DNA of 64,000 nt from a virus (IMGVR_UViG_3300036466_000103:1-64000); one strand, 5' to 3'. Positions 36,363 to 45,710 are shown, numbered from the stretch's first letter. Notes: generated by a model from the letters alone, not told the origin. Program-made: numbers and translations.

Positions 36363-36899
36363 ATGAGGGAAGTTTGGAAACCGATAATTCTTGATGATAT
36401 TCAAGAGCGTTATGCTGTTAGTAATCTAGGTAAAATTATTGATCTTAAGACTGGTAAATGTTTAGTCTGTCACGATAATGGTGCCGGATATATGAATGTG
36501 GGTTTACAGGGACCAAAGTCAAAGGTCAGGATTCGTTACGTACACAGGTTGGTAGCTATTGCATTTCTTGAGAACCCTGATAAACTACCCCAAGTTGGTC
36601 ATCGTGACCATACAAGATCTAATAACGTTGTCTATAATCTATACTGGACAACACAGAAACAGAATACCCGTGACGGGATTGATGCAGGGAGAATTAATGC
36701 CAATCGGCCAAAGACAAACCGAAAAGTAACAGAAGCTATTATTTGTGAGATTGTTCTGCTGCATAGTCAAGGTAGAGGCATCAACGAAATTGCCGGAATG
36801 CTGGGCTTTCCTCGTACCACCATCTCTAGCGTCTTCAATGGCAGGAGCAATAAAGAGCTGTTTGTGTTTGCAAGCAACGAGCTTAAAAATAATCCTTGA
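36363..36899 (+). CDS. HNH homing endonuclease (NUMOD4-like N-terminus, C-terminal HTH)
   Basis: WKPI..YAVSNLGKI, HRLVAIAF, HRDHTRSNNVVYNLYWTTQKQN, and GINEIAGMLGFPRTTISSV. RBS AGGAGGG. Begins 11 nt after polymerase exon 2. Confidence 0.8.
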   Translation: MREVWKPIILDDIQERYAVSNLGKIIDLKTGKCLVCHDNGAGYMNVGLQGPKSKVRIRYVHRLVAIAFLENPDKLPQVGHRDHTRSNNVVYNLYWTTQKQNTRDGIDAGRINANRPKTNRKVTEAIICEIVLLHSQGRGINEIAGMLGFPRTTISSVFNGRSNKELFVFASNELKNNP

Positions 36900-36923
36900 C
36901 AACACACCCACATGAAGTAGAAT
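36896..36923 (+). promoter_or_regulatory. sigma70-type promoter
   Basis: TTGACA-16 nt-TAGAAT. Confidence 0.6.
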
Positions 36924-36954
36924 AGGCTACACAAACAAGCGGAGAGACTGAGTA

Positions 36955-37278
36955 ATGAGCAACATTAAATTCAACGGTAATAGTATCACATTCACAGGCC
37001 TGTCTGAGCTAGACGTTATCACTCAGATTCAACGTCGAAGCCTGGGCAAGCGTCAGTTCACAGCAATGGGTCAAGAAGACGGCAGTACGCATCTGACATT
37101 CCCAATGATCAAAGCTGAGCTGCTGGAGTTTGCTGGACATATTCATCGTCATAACGCTGAGGTTAAAGCTAGTGTTTCTGAGACAGAGGATAAGCCTCCA
37201 ACTCCTCCCACTACAGGTGGTACTCCATCAGCAGGTAAGGTTGTAAAACTTGTAAACACTGTTGCAATCGCAGCTTAA
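36955..37278 (+). CDS. hypothetical protein
   Basis: ORF track entry. RBS GGAGAG. Confidence 0.65.
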   Translation: MSNIKFNGNSITFTGLSELDVITQIQRRSLGKRQFTAMGQEDGSTHLTFPMIKAELLEFAGHIHRHNAEVKASVSETEDKPPTPPTTGGTPSAGKVVKLVNTVAIAA

Positions 37279-37288
37279 AGGAGAAACA

Positions 37289-37504
37289 ATGAGCAAGCTA
37301 CTAGAAATCAAAGAAGGTCAGAAGGCCGTATACGTTAGCCAAGATCCCTTAGAGGACCACCCAAGTGTCGGTACACTTCTCACACGTAAAGAACATTGGC
37401 TGGATGACGACGAGTCTGTAGCTTTCACATTTATTGTTGATGGTGTTGAGGAATATGAGTTCTTCTACCTTGAAGACTTTAGTCTGATCGAGGAGGGCAA
37501 GTGA
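37289..37504 (+). CDS. hypothetical protein (71 aa)
   Basis: ATG 37289 follows AAAGGAG. Confidence 0.6.
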   Translation: MSKLLEIKEGQKAVYVSQDPLEDHPSVGTLLTRKEHWLDDDESVAFTFIVDGVEEYEFFYLEDFSLIEEGK

Positions 37505-37773
37505 GCAACAAACACAACCCATTCTCGTCTGTCCCAACAATCAACCTGAAAGGAGACGATTTCATTCATGCTGTTCCAGAAGATCAGCACATGGAGATTA
37601 TCGTTCACTGGAAGTGGCAAGGTTACAAACCGGAGTTTATCAATCCAGTGCTTGCATTTGGTAAGCAAGATGGTAAACTGAAGATCATCAACCGTAACCT
37701 CCCAGATTCTTGTTACACGTTTGATGTTAAAGAAATTAGCAAGGCATATATCATGCCAATGGAGACGAAATGA
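37501..37773 (+). CDS. hypothetical protein
   Basis: The GTG start overlaps the upstream stop. Confidence 0.6.
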   Translation: MSNKHNPFSSVPTINLKGDDFIHAVPEDQHMEIIVHWKWQGYKPEFINPVLAFGKQDGKLKIINRNLPDSCYTFDVKEISKAYIMPMETK

Positions 37774-38171
37774 CTACTGAATGCACTAAACCTCGTATTA
37801 CGCTGAAAACTCTTGCACAAGCACCAGATCAAGAAGTGTTTGATCAAGTTGTGCAACACCTTCGGGATCAGGGGTTAAAATCCCAGAATGAAAATGGTTG
37901 TGCTTATCGTGGTGGTGATGGTGGGTTGATGTGTGCAGCAGGTTGTTTGATTGCTGATGATGAGTATGTTGCTTCTACAATGGACTATGCTGACGACACT
38001 ACCTGGACCCAGCTTGTTATTGACCACGTTGTACCGGAGGAGCATTCAATATTGATTCGTCGGTTACAGGTAGTTCACGATTGTTACACCGACAACAGGT
38101 GGGAGGAAGGTTTTTCTCACACAGCCAGAGTGTTCGGGATCGCATACACACCACCAAGTAATTACAAGTAA
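37770..38171 (+). CDS. hypothetical protein (Cys-containing)
   Basis: ATGA overlap with the upstream gene. Confidence 0.65.
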   Translation: MTTECTKPRITLKTLAQAPDQEVFDQVVQHLRDQGLKSQNENGCAYRGGDGGLMCAAGCLIADDEYVASTMDYADDTTWTQLVIDHVVPEEHSILIRRLQVVHDCYTDNRWEEGFSHTARVFGIAYTPPSNYK

Positions 38172-38187
38172 TTAAAGGAGAGAACCA

Positions 38188-38340
38188 ATGAAAAAGAAAT
38201 ATGAATACACTGTAGGGAATTTCCAAGTAAGTACACGGGAGGCAGCACGGTTGATTCAACGTAGCCTTCGCTTTAACTTGGTAGATACCAAAGCACCACG
38301 CATCACGCAGAAGATTGTTATTGAGCGGACAATTCGTTAA
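38188..38340 (+). CDS. hypothetical basic protein (50 aa)
   Basis: RBS AAAGGAGAG. Not in the ORF track. Confidence 0.45.
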   Translation: MKKKYEYTVGNFQVSTREAARLIQRSLRFNLVDTKAPRITQKIVIERTIR

Positions 38341-38347
38341 ATAAAGT

Positions 38348-38376
38348 TTGACAAGCACCACAACAATCTGTATAAT
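38348..38376 (+). promoter_or_regulatory. consensus sigma70 promoter
   Basis: TTGACA-17 nt-TATAAT, a perfect match to both hexamers. Confidence 0.75.
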
Positions 38377-38457
38377 CCAGGAAGTGACAAACAAGCACTT
38401 CCTCTCAACATATCTCGCTAGTTATTAGCAAACTCATATAAAGGAAAACATTAGAAC

Positions 38458-39471
38458 ATGTCTAAGAAATTCGTATTCAACGCACAAACCCCTGTAAGCT
38501 CGAATGAAGATCGTCCAAAGATTGATTATGATGCACTGGGTAAACACATTGTCGAAGCTGTAGGTTGCTCCGAGAAGCCTGAGGCAATGATTGGTGTGAT
38601 TAGTGGTGTTATTGACTTGGGTCTTCAAGCACAAGAGGACGCAAAGGCTGTATGGACAGGTGATGCAGTTGCCGAAGCTGAAGAACTGGCAAAGAACCCC
38701 AACCAATACTTTGAGACATTGCCTGATGATAAAGGCAACTTGGTGCGCTACAAACGCTGGCCTGTAAAAGCACAACGATGTGTTGCCTTGAACATTGACT
38801 TCCCTGACACTCTTGTCAACCGTGGTCAGTTCTTTGATGAAGACGGCGTTGGTGAGAGCCTTCCATTCCGTGGCATGCTGAACAATGAGTTTGGTGTGAA
38901 GGGACTTGGTAAAGTTGTAGGTAAGCCATTCAGCCTTCGTGAGCAACGTAATGACGATGGTAGCTGGGGCTTCAAGAACAACACTATTCTGTTCAAGCTT
39001 GCACAAGCAACTAACCAACTCATTGGTGGTAACTTCAAACCAGATATGTTGGGTAACTTGATTGGTGAAGCTGCAATGTTCAACGTTCATGTCTTCTTGA
39101 ATGAACACGCTGGTAAGCATTATCTGAATGAGAAGCTTGCATTCAATGGTCCTGTACCAAAAGCAATGCAGAAGATGATTCCTGTACTGGATGAGAAGTT
39201 CATGCATGTTATCAATTTCAAAGGTGAACAAGACCTGGAGATGTTGAAGAACCTTCGTCAGTCTGTGATCAACACCATGAAGCAGGCTGAGGACTTTGCA
39301 GGCTCTGACGTTGAGAAGGCATTGATTGAGATTGGTAAGGTGAAGGCTGGGGAAGTTCAGCAGTCTCAAGAGGATAAGCCTGTAGCAGCTCAGAGTAAGC
39401 CTCAGCAACAACCTGTGAAGCAAGAAGTGGTTGACTTTGATGACTTCGACAGTGACTCACTGCCGTTCTGA
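38458..39471 (+). CDS. ssDNA-binding-like protein with an acidic C-terminal tail
   Basis: It has its own consensus promoter. The C-terminus ...VVDFDDFDSDSLPF resembles the SSB/gp2.5 partner-binding tails. The fold is not verifiable by eye. Confidence 0.5.
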   Translation: MSKKFVFNAQTPVSSNEDRPKIDYDALGKHIVEAVGCSEKPEAMIGVISGVIDLGLQAQEDAKAVWTGDAVAEAEELAKNPNQYFETLPDDKGNLVRYKRWPVKAQRCVALNIDFPDTLVNRGQFFDEDGVGESLPFRGMLNNEFGVKGLGKVVGKPFSLREQRNDDGSWGFKNNTILFKLAQATNQLIGGNFKPDMLGNLIGEAAMFNVHVFLNEHAGKHYLNEKLAFNGPVPKAMQKMIPVLDEKFMHVINFKGEQDLEMLKNLRQSVINTMKQAEDFAGSDVEKALIEIGKVKAGEVQQSQEDKPVAAQSKPQQQPVKQEVVDFDDFDSDSLPF

Positions 39472-39544
39472 TCTAATCGAAACTAAGTGGTGAACAGCAT
39501 ATTCAAAAGTGCTGTTCCCACAACAAACAATAAAGGAGAAGTAA

Positions 39545-39715
39545 ATGAAACTGAGTTTCCTTAGTATTTTGGGTCTGATCTTTATCACCCTCAAGCTTAT
39601 TGGTGCTATCACATGGAGCTGGTGGTGGGTATTGTTGCCTTTCTACGGTGGTGCACTGATTGTTCTAGTAGCCCTCATTGGGTTTTTGATTACAGCAGTT
39701 ATGGTGTCTAAATGA
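39545..39715 (+). CDS. small membrane protein (56 aa, 2 TM)
   Basis: RBS AAAGGAGAAG. Highly hydrophobic. Confidence 0.55.
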   Translation: MKLSFLSILGLIFITLKLIGAITWSWWWVLLPFYGGALIVLVALIGFLITAVMVSK

Positions 39716-39870
39716 AAGAGGTGGCACTAGTTACATTCATCACAGAGAGCGGTGAAGACATCATCTTGGAGGCACATCTTAACTTCGACAAAGCTCACAA
39801 GCGAGTGGCTGAGCTTATTGAGACTACGGGTGACACTCACTACTACGCACAATATGTGGAGTTGAAATGA
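39712..39870 (+). CDS. hypothetical protein (52 aa)
   Basis: ATGA overlaps on both sides. Confidence 0.45.
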   Translation: MKEVALVTFITESGEDIILEAHLNFDKAHKRVAELIETTGDTHYYAQYVELK

Positions 39871-40103
39871 TTAAGGCTGCGGAAGCACGTATTGAAATGC
39901 TCAAGAACCCAAGCTTTGAACGTAAGGTTGAACTGTACAAGGAAGTGACAGACCTGATTAATAAAGCAGTCTCTGAAGGTAAAAAGAGTTTTGAAGTAAC
40001 TCTTGAACAGCATTACGCACTCAGCAAAGAGTTGTCTGAGAAAGGCTACACAGTGTCCCCATTCAATGTCTGGTTCACAGACACTAAACTATATCAATTT
40101 TAA
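39867..40103 (+). CDS. hypothetical protein
   Basis: ORF track entry. ATGA overlap with the neighbour. Confidence 0.6.
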   Translation: MIKAAEARIEMLKNPSFERKVELYKEVTDLINKAVSEGKKSFEVTLEQHYALSKELSEKGYTVSPFNVWFTDTKLYQF

Positions 40104-40113
40104 GGAGAAACAC

Positions 40114-40440
40114 ATGACCGATACTAATGACTACAACGAAGTTACTTTCCTGGACAAAGAAGATGCACGACGTGCAGGCTTCACTCTCAATGAAGATCAA
40201 GCCTTTGAACGTCTTGTAACATTGAACAAAGAGTTGAACACAACCAAGGCTGACATTAAGCAACTTCTTGCTGATATTAAATTTAGTGCCAAGCAGAACC
40301 CCAAGGGCATTCCAGCAGACGAAGTGAAGAAGATTGCAGCATCTGCTGTACGGTATGCAGCTCAAGATTTTGAGGAACGTAAACTTGCAGCACTTGAGTT
40401 GTTCGCAAAGTACGAAGCTCTCACAGATTACAATAACTGA
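40114..40440 (+). CDS. hypothetical protein
   Basis: ATG 40114 follows AAGGAG. Confidence 0.6.
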   Translation: MTDTNDYNEVTFLDKEDARRAGFTLNEDQAFERLVTLNKELNTTKADIKQLLADIKFSAKQNPKGIPADEVKKIAASAVRYAAQDFEERKLAALELFAKYEALTDYNN

Positions 40441-40510
40441 CAATGTTTCCTACATAAGCTGATCGGGTTATTAGCTGTTGTAGAGTTAAGTACAATTTGA
40501 ATATAAATTA

Positions 40511-40535
40511 GCCCGCCTTGTGCGGGTTTCTTTTT
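40511..40535 (+). terminator. rho-independent terminator
   Basis: Stem GCCCGC/GCGGGT, then TTCTTTTT. Confidence 0.7.
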
Positions 40536-40551
40536 ATCTGGAGAAAAGTGA

Positions 40552-40857
40552 GTGGGTATTGAGTATAATGGTCAACTGTGTGTTGGTTATAAATATGATC
40601 AACTTGAGCAGATTGTAGAAGAGTTTGGTAATGGTGACATTGAAGACTATGAACAACTTGGTTTTGAAATGTTCCAACCTTATTATGATGCTGATCGCGA
40701 AGACAGTATCTTTGGTGTGAGTGTGGTAAGTACGGACAGCTACAGTTATGGCGTTGTTACGGACTCCAAGCTTGCTGAGGCTTCCATCTTGAAGCAGAAG
40801 TTGTACCACAAGTATCTGGTGACACCTCATGTGTATATCATGGCTGAAGGTTCTTAA
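40552..40857 (+). CDS. hypothetical acidic protein
   Basis: GTG start after GGAGAAAAG. Confidence 0.55.
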   Translation: MGIEYNGQLCVGYKYDQLEQIVEEFGNGDIEDYEQLGFEMFQPYYDADREDSIFGVSVVSTDSYSYGVVTDSKLAEASILKQKLYHKYLVTPHVYIMAEGS

Positions 40858-40867
40858 TGGAGGTTGA

Positions 40868-41875
40868 ATGACAGAGTTTACACACGCAGTAATCGATCTT
40901 GACCCATGTAAGTATGCAGTCTCATCTGTTAGTGAAAAGAGGACAATCAAAGTAGTACACCGAGTGTCTGGTGATGAGTATGATTGTAAGACCCGTACAG
41001 AGTGGTATGGACATTATAAGAAGAAAGCTGGAGGCAAGTTAGCTGAAATTAACAAAGCTCTCTCAGACGATTGTAAGCAGCTTCCTGAAGACTTTGACAT
41101 CATTGACATTGTTACACCAGAACCTCTGAGCTTTGCATTGCACACAGCTAAGGCATTCACTGATGACATTCTCAAGGCTAGTGGTTGTAAGACATACAGT
41201 GCGTTGATTGGATCTGGTGATAGTTGGCGTGTTGAGGCTAGTACCCTTTTAAAGTACAAGGCAAACAGGGCTCAAACACAAAAACCATATCACTATGACG
41301 CAGTTACGAATTACCTGATCCAGAAGTATCAAGCGGAGGTGGTTACTGACCTTGAAGTGGACGATAGGCTTGTAATAGACACATGGGGCAAGCCTGGGAC
41401 ATTCTCGGTAGCTCGTGAAAAGGATATTTACTCCTCCGCAATGCACTTCTTTGACTACAGTAGTCCCGGTAAGGGAATTCAGAACGGCAATCAATTTGGT
41501 GAGCTTTACCTGAATGATAAGGGAGAAGTAAAGGGGATTGGTAGGAAGCATTGGATGTGGCAGGTTTGCAGCTCGGACACCTCGGACAACTATAAGGCCA
41601 ACTGCTTTAGCGATACAGACTGGGGAGACAAGGGGGCTTACAATGCACTTCTTTCAGCGTCAAATGACAAAGAACTCTTTCAAGCTGGTGTGGATGTCTT
41701 TAAGATGTTGTATCCTGAGCCCAAGACTGTAGTAGGTTGGCGTGGTGATAACATCCTTATTACTTGGGACTACGTGATGCAGGAAATGATGACAATGGCT
41801 TGGATGCTGCGACATGAAAATGACACAGTTCCTTTGCTCAAGACTTTGGATAAGCTGGGAGTGAAATATGCGTAA
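40868..41875 (+). CDS. 5'-3' exonuclease (T7 gp6-like / FEN-PIN family)
   Basis: YKANR motif, acidic clusters (DLEVDDRL, EKD) and W.WQV.SSDTSDNY, which match the T7 gene 6 pattern as I recall it. Confidence 0.55.
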   Translation: MTEFTHAVIDLDPCKYAVSSVSEKRTIKVVHRVSGDEYDCKTRTEWYGHYKKKAGGKLAEINKALSDDCKQLPEDFDIIDIVTPEPLSFALHTAKAFTDDILKASGCKTYSALIGSGDSWRVEASTLLKYKANRAQTQKPYHYDAVTNYLIQKYQAEVVTDLEVDDRLVIDTWGKPGTFSVAREKDIYSSAMHFFDYSSPGKGIQNGNQFGELYLNDKGEVKGIGRKHWMWQVCSSDTSDNYKANCFSDTDWGDKGAYNALLSASNDKELFQAGVDVFKMLYPEPKTVVGWRGDNILITWDYVMQEMMTMAWMLRHENDTVPLLKTLDKLGVKYA

Positions 41876-42215
41876 GATTACAGAACAAGAGCTGTTGGAA
41901 TATGTAAGCGATGTAGGCGAGTTTTCCAAAGACCACCGTAAATACTCTAGCTTTTACTGCACAGTGACACACACAGTTGACCACGCTGACATCGAAGACT
42001 TGAAAGGTGACGGCATTGATGCGAGCGACTTCCACGGGGTTCTGATTCAACGAGACGGCACTTGGGACGATAGCTGGGGCACTGAGTGGGACAGCACACA
42101 ATACATGAAAGTGACAGAGACTCGCACTCTTGTTCCAGAGGAAGTTCATATTATCCCAGAACACTATGTCAGCTCGTTTAAGACTGAAGCTTTTGAACCT
42201 GTGTTTGAGGAGTGA
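41868..42215 (+). CDS. hypothetical protein
   Basis: ORF track entry. Overlapping start. Confidence 0.6.
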   Translation: MRKITEQELLEYVSDVGEFSKDHRKYSSFYCTVTHTVDHADIEDLKGDGIDASDFHGVLIQRDGTWDDSWGTEWDSTQYMKVTETRTLVPEEVHIIPEHYVSSFKTEAFEPVFEE

Positions 42216-42218
42216 TAC

Positions 42219-42440
42219 GTGGCTAAGTATTACAGTGAGGACAGAGAGTACACACAAATTTCAGAGAAAGACTACTCCATCCGGTCCTTGATTGAGAAGG
42301 TTATGGAAGAGCACAACCGAGACCTCAGCACAGATCGTTGGTCTGAATCAAACTACGGAGTGCCTGAAAGTTGTTTTGATGATGTAGCTGAAGCAATTAT
42401 GACTGAATTGGGTTTGTGGGAGAATAAAGATGAGCTGTGA
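42219..42440 (+). CDS. hypothetical protein
   Basis: ORF track entry. GTG start. Confidence 0.55.
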   Translation: MAKYYSEDREYTQISEKDYSIRSLIEKVMEEHNRDLSTDRWSESNYGVPESCFDDVAEAIMTELGLWENKDEL

Positions 42441-42714
42441 TTATGGTGTTGCACTTGAACTGTTCCAAGAAGAACGCTGGGCACCTGAAGATAACACCCG
42501 TGCTTATTGGTATGAGAGGTGGGGTGGTTCATTTTATTACAGTGAAAATGATGATGTAGCTAATCCTGATGAGTGGGATGGCGGAGGCTATTCATCGGAG
42601 CGTGTACGTAGCCGTGTAGTGAAAGGTGGTTATTTGTTAGTGGATCTTGATGACTCTTGTGGTGGACAGTTTCAAGCAATCTTTTCACTTGATAAGGAAC
42701 TAAAGGATGTCTAA
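42430..42714 (+). CDS. hypothetical protein
   Basis: ORF track entry. Confidence 0.6.
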   Translation: MSCDYGVALELFQEERWAPEDNTRAYWYERWGGSFYYSENDDVANPDEWDGGGYSSERVRSRVVKGGYLLVDLDDSCGGQFQAIFSLDKELKDV

Positions 42715-43303
42715 AGGGGCCTCTAACAAGGAGACTAGAGACAATAAGCTAAAGACCATCTTAGGTGAAATGGGGCATATCTGGAAAACAGAGTCATCCC
42801 TACTCACATACATTCGTGGAGGGATTCGTAGGTCATTGTGGAACCGTTCCCCAATTAAGATTGAATTTATCAACAAGAATAGGTATAAGATTCCAAGTCC
42901 AAACCCTAAGCTTAATGGTCGTCTTGTTTGGGGTGGCCTATGTGCCCTCACAGGGCGTGAGTTTCAGCTTAAAGACATGGACGTAGATCACCGTAAGGGT
43001 GGACACTCCCTTCGCTCCCTAGACGACTTACAGGCGTTCCTGGAGGGTATTGTGCTTGTATCTCTAGACGACTTGCAGTTTGTATCACGAGACGCTCATA
43101 AGATTAAGAGCTACAGCGAGAAGTTTGGTGTTACATTTGAGGAAGCTTCTGTGATCAAACAAGCCATTGAGTTTGAAAAGAAAGGGGTGAAACAAACGGT
43201 TGACTTCCTTAAATCAAATGGGTATACTCCAGCTTCTTCGAAAGACAAACGAAGACTTCAATTGATTGAACATTTTGGAAAGGAGAAGGCTAATGAGAGT
43301 TAA
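42707..43303 (+). CDS. HNH endonuclease-like protein
   Basis: MDVDHRKGGHS...LQFVSRDAHKIKS fits an H-N-H pattern. RBS AAGGA. Confidence 0.55.
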   Translation: MSKGASNKETRDNKLKTILGEMGHIWKTESSLLTYIRGGIRRSLWNRSPIKIEFINKNRYKIPSPNPKLNGRLVWGGLCALTGREFQLKDMDVDHRKGGHSLRSLDDLQAFLEGIVLVSLDDLQFVSRDAHKIKSYSEKFGVTFEEASVIKQAIEFEKKGVKQTVDFLKSNGYTPASSKDKRRLQLIEHFGKEKANES

Positions 43304-43484
43304 ATCGCTTGTTGACGACCATGACACTACACTCGATAAGGTGTACGAAACCACAGCCCCACCAAGCTGGGCAGGCTCTCAAGAACATGGGTCAGTGTGG
43401 GTTGTCGATGATGTTGGCGAGTACTACATTCTATTTGAGAGTGAGTATGAACTAGTTCTGGAGAATGTCACAGATGATCAATGA
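43293..43484 (+). CDS. hypothetical protein
   Basis: ATG 43293 follows GGAGAAGG. Confidence 0.55.
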   Translation: MRVKSLVDDHDTTLDKVYETTAPPSWAGSQEHGSVWVVDDVGEYYILFESEYELVLENVTDDQ

Positions 43485-43692
43485 CATCCGAATTGTACTT
43501 GTACAGAAAGAAGGTAAAGAGGCGTACCAAATCTCCAGAGTTATCTACGAAGACAACGGAGACAGCTGCTACGCTGAGAATCCTTACTCTGAATACAATA
43601 CCTTAGAGGAAGCTTACGCTTTCCTTGATCAGATGTATAAGGCTTCTCTTAAGACTGTACTAACTATCCACAAAGATGGGAGCTTCGAATAA
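43465..43692 (+). CDS. hypothetical protein
   Basis: ORF track entry. Confidence 0.6.
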   Translation: MSQMINDIRIVLVQKEGKEAYQISRVIYEDNGDSCYAENPYSEYNTLEEAYAFLDQMYKASLKTVLTIHKDGSFE

Positions 43693-43820
43693 TGGCTAAG
43701 ACTACAGCTAACCTTGTAATTCAAGTTGATGACAACACACTGAAGCTGCTACTGGATAAGATTGCTAATCTTGAAGCTCGCATTGTAGAGCTTGAGACAA
43801 AGAGTTGGAGTGTCGTATGA
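43692..43820 (+). CDS. hypothetical coiled-coil peptide (42 aa)
   Basis: TAATG overlap with the upstream gene. Not in the ORF track. Confidence 0.4.
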   Translation: MAKTTANLVIQVDDNTLKLLLDKIANLEARIVELETKSWSVV

Positions 43821-43927
43821 CCGTTAGTACATTCATGAACATTGAGAGTGTTGCATTACTCACTCAAACAATCTTGGTTTTCCAACATGCTTTACAGCTT
43901 ATCTAAAACACACTAAGGAGAAATATA

Positions 43928-44224
43928 ATGTCATTTGCACTATACGGTGAGAGCCTTGCCTACGTTTACTTGTTCACAGCAGACACACGAGAGGAAGTGC
44001 TGGAGAGCTTCTTGCAAGACGTAGAAGATACGGGCGAAGAGCTTGCAACCATTACCAACATCTACGGTGTACAAGGTGGTAAAGAGGATACTGAGTTGGA
44101 AGATAGTATTCGTGAGATGATTAAAGCGGCTAAGGAATTGACTAAGGGCAGTGGCGTGTCTGAGATTAAGTCTGGTAATAGTCACGAGCCTGAGTTTTAC
44201 CATCAGAATGGTTTTCCTAACTAA
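43928..44224 (+). CDS. hypothetical acidic protein
   Basis: RBS AAGGAG. Confidence 0.6.
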   Translation: MSFALYGESLAYVYLFTADTREEVLESFLQDVEDTGEELATITNIYGVQGGKEDTELEDSIREMIKAAKELTKGSGVSEIKSGNSHEPEFYHQNGFPN

Positions 44225-44257
44225 GTTGTCCCTGTATAACAAAGTGGAGGTTTAAGT

Positions 44258-45031
44258 TTGAAGCATTTGATTATCGCAGATACACAAGTAAAACCGGGGC
44301 ACGATTTGAATTACCTCTCTGCCATTGGGGAGTATATTGCCAGCAAGAAGCCTGATGTAATCGTTCACATTGGAGACCACTTTGATTTTGAAAGCCTGAG
44401 TTCTTACGATAAAGGTAAGAAAAGCTTTGAAGGTCGCAGGGTCAAAGCAGACTTGGATGTTGGTCATGAAGGTATGAAGCTTATTATGGAGCCGATCCAA
44501 CGCCTACAAAATGCCCAAAGAAAGGCCAAGAAGAAGGTCTACGATCCTAAAATGGTCTTCTGCCTAGGTAATCATGAAGCTCGTGCTGATCGGTTTGCAA
44601 ACGATAACCCAGAGTTCACAGGATTCTTAGGCACAGAGCAACTAGGGCTTGAGCAGTATGGTTGGAAAGTATACCCATACCTGCAACCAGCAGTTATTGA
44701 TGGTATCAACTACGTCCACTACCTTGCCAACCCTTTCACAGGTAAACCCTACGGGGGTAGTGCACTTAATCAGCTAAAGAATGTTGGATGCTCTTTTGTA
44801 GTTGGTCATAAACAACTCATCGATTGTGCAATCCGCCCAACGCTGGAAGGTAAGATGCAGATTGGTATTATTAATGGCGCATGTTATCCGTTCGACGAAC
44901 CGTACAAAGGGCATCAGGGGAACTACCACTTCCGTGGTCTGACAATGCTACACGAAGTTAAAGATGGGTTTGGTTGTCCGATGTTTGTTTCACTAGATTT
45001 TATTATGGATAAGTATGGGAAAGAAAACTGA
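44258..45031 (+). CDS. calcineurin-like metallophosphoesterase
   Basis: ADTQVKPGH, HIGDHFD and GNHE motifs. TTG start 7 nt after GGAGG. Confidence 0.7.
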   Translation: MKHLIIADTQVKPGHDLNYLSAIGEYIASKKPDVIVHIGDHFDFESLSSYDKGKKSFEGRRVKADLDVGHEGMKLIMEPIQRLQNAQRKAKKKVYDPKMVFCLGNHEARADRFANDNPEFTGFLGTEQLGLEQYGWKVYPYLQPAVIDGINYVHYLANPFTGKPYGGSALNQLKNVGCSFVVGHKQLIDCAIRPTLEGKMQIGIINGACYPFDEPYKGHQGNYHFRGLTMLHEVKDGFGCPMFVSLDFIMDKYGKEN

Positions 45032-45710
45032 TTTATCAGGACAGACATTTGGACGTTGGACAGTACTCTACAGGTCACAAGAGCGAGCAGCAGATAACAG
45101 AAAGAAATATATTTGTGAATGCTCTTGTGGTACTGTTCGACAAGTAGATGGAAGACGCCTTACAGGAGGTACAAGTAATTCTTGTGGCTGTGCAATGATA
45201 GAGGGTGTTAAAGAAAGGTTCATAACTCACGGTATGACTGGTACACCTACATACGGATCTTGGGCTAATATGAAACAAAGATGCACCAATCCTGAGAATG
45301 AAGAGTGGGAGAATTATGGAGGTCGTGGTATTCAACTGCTAGATGGTTGGGAAGACTTCCAGAGGTTCTTCGAAGATATGGGCGAAGCTCCTGATGGCTT
45401 AAGTGTTGATCGTATTGACGTAAATGGGCACTACTCCAAGGAAAATTGTAGATGGTCTGACAATGGAGTACAGAGTCATGGAAGACGTAAACTTATCTAT
45501 AAAAACACAACTAATCCCTCAAGATTTATTGGGGTTGTGTGGCACAAGTTTTCACAGAAGTGGAGAGTTAAGCTTGTGTTTAAAGGTAAAACAATTATAG
45601 ATAAGAACTTTACAGATGATGTAGAAGCTGCCATACTCTATGACAAATTATCTAAGGAATATTATGGTGACGAACCAAACAAAGAATTGTTGTCTAATAT
45701 TGCGGGGTAA
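45015..45710 (+). CDS. homing-endonuclease-like protein (Cys-rich N-terminus, HNH-like core, AP2 domain)
   Basis: GRWTVL..YICECSCG..SCGC, YGSWANMKQRC, YGGRGI, DRIDVNGHYSKENCRW, and an AP2-like segment FIGVVWHKFSQKWRVKL..AAILYDKLSKEYYG. Confidence 0.55.
   Translation: MGKKTDLSGQTFGRWTVLYRSQERAADNRKKYICECSCGTVRQVDGRRLTGGTSNSCGCAMIEGVKERFITHGMTGTPTYGSWANMKQRCTNPENEEWENYGGRGIQLLDGWEDFQRFFEDMGEAPDGLSVDRIDVNGHYSKENCRWSDNGVQSHGRRKLIYKNTTNPSRFIGVVWHKFSQKWRVKLVFKGKTIIDKNFTDDVEAAILYDKLSKEYYGDEPNKELLSNIAG

Noticed and set aside
38434-39423. A 329-aa ORF on the minus strand, antisense to the SSB-like gene.
   Set aside because: It lies entirely inside a well-supported + strand gene and has a Leu/Cys/His-rich, low-complexity translation. 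It has no RBS and no flanking minus-strand signals. It is a typical antisense shadow ORF.
43817-43906. A 29-aa ORF overlapping the stop of 43692-43820.
   Set aside because: It is too short and hydrophobic with low complexity, and it has no independent support.
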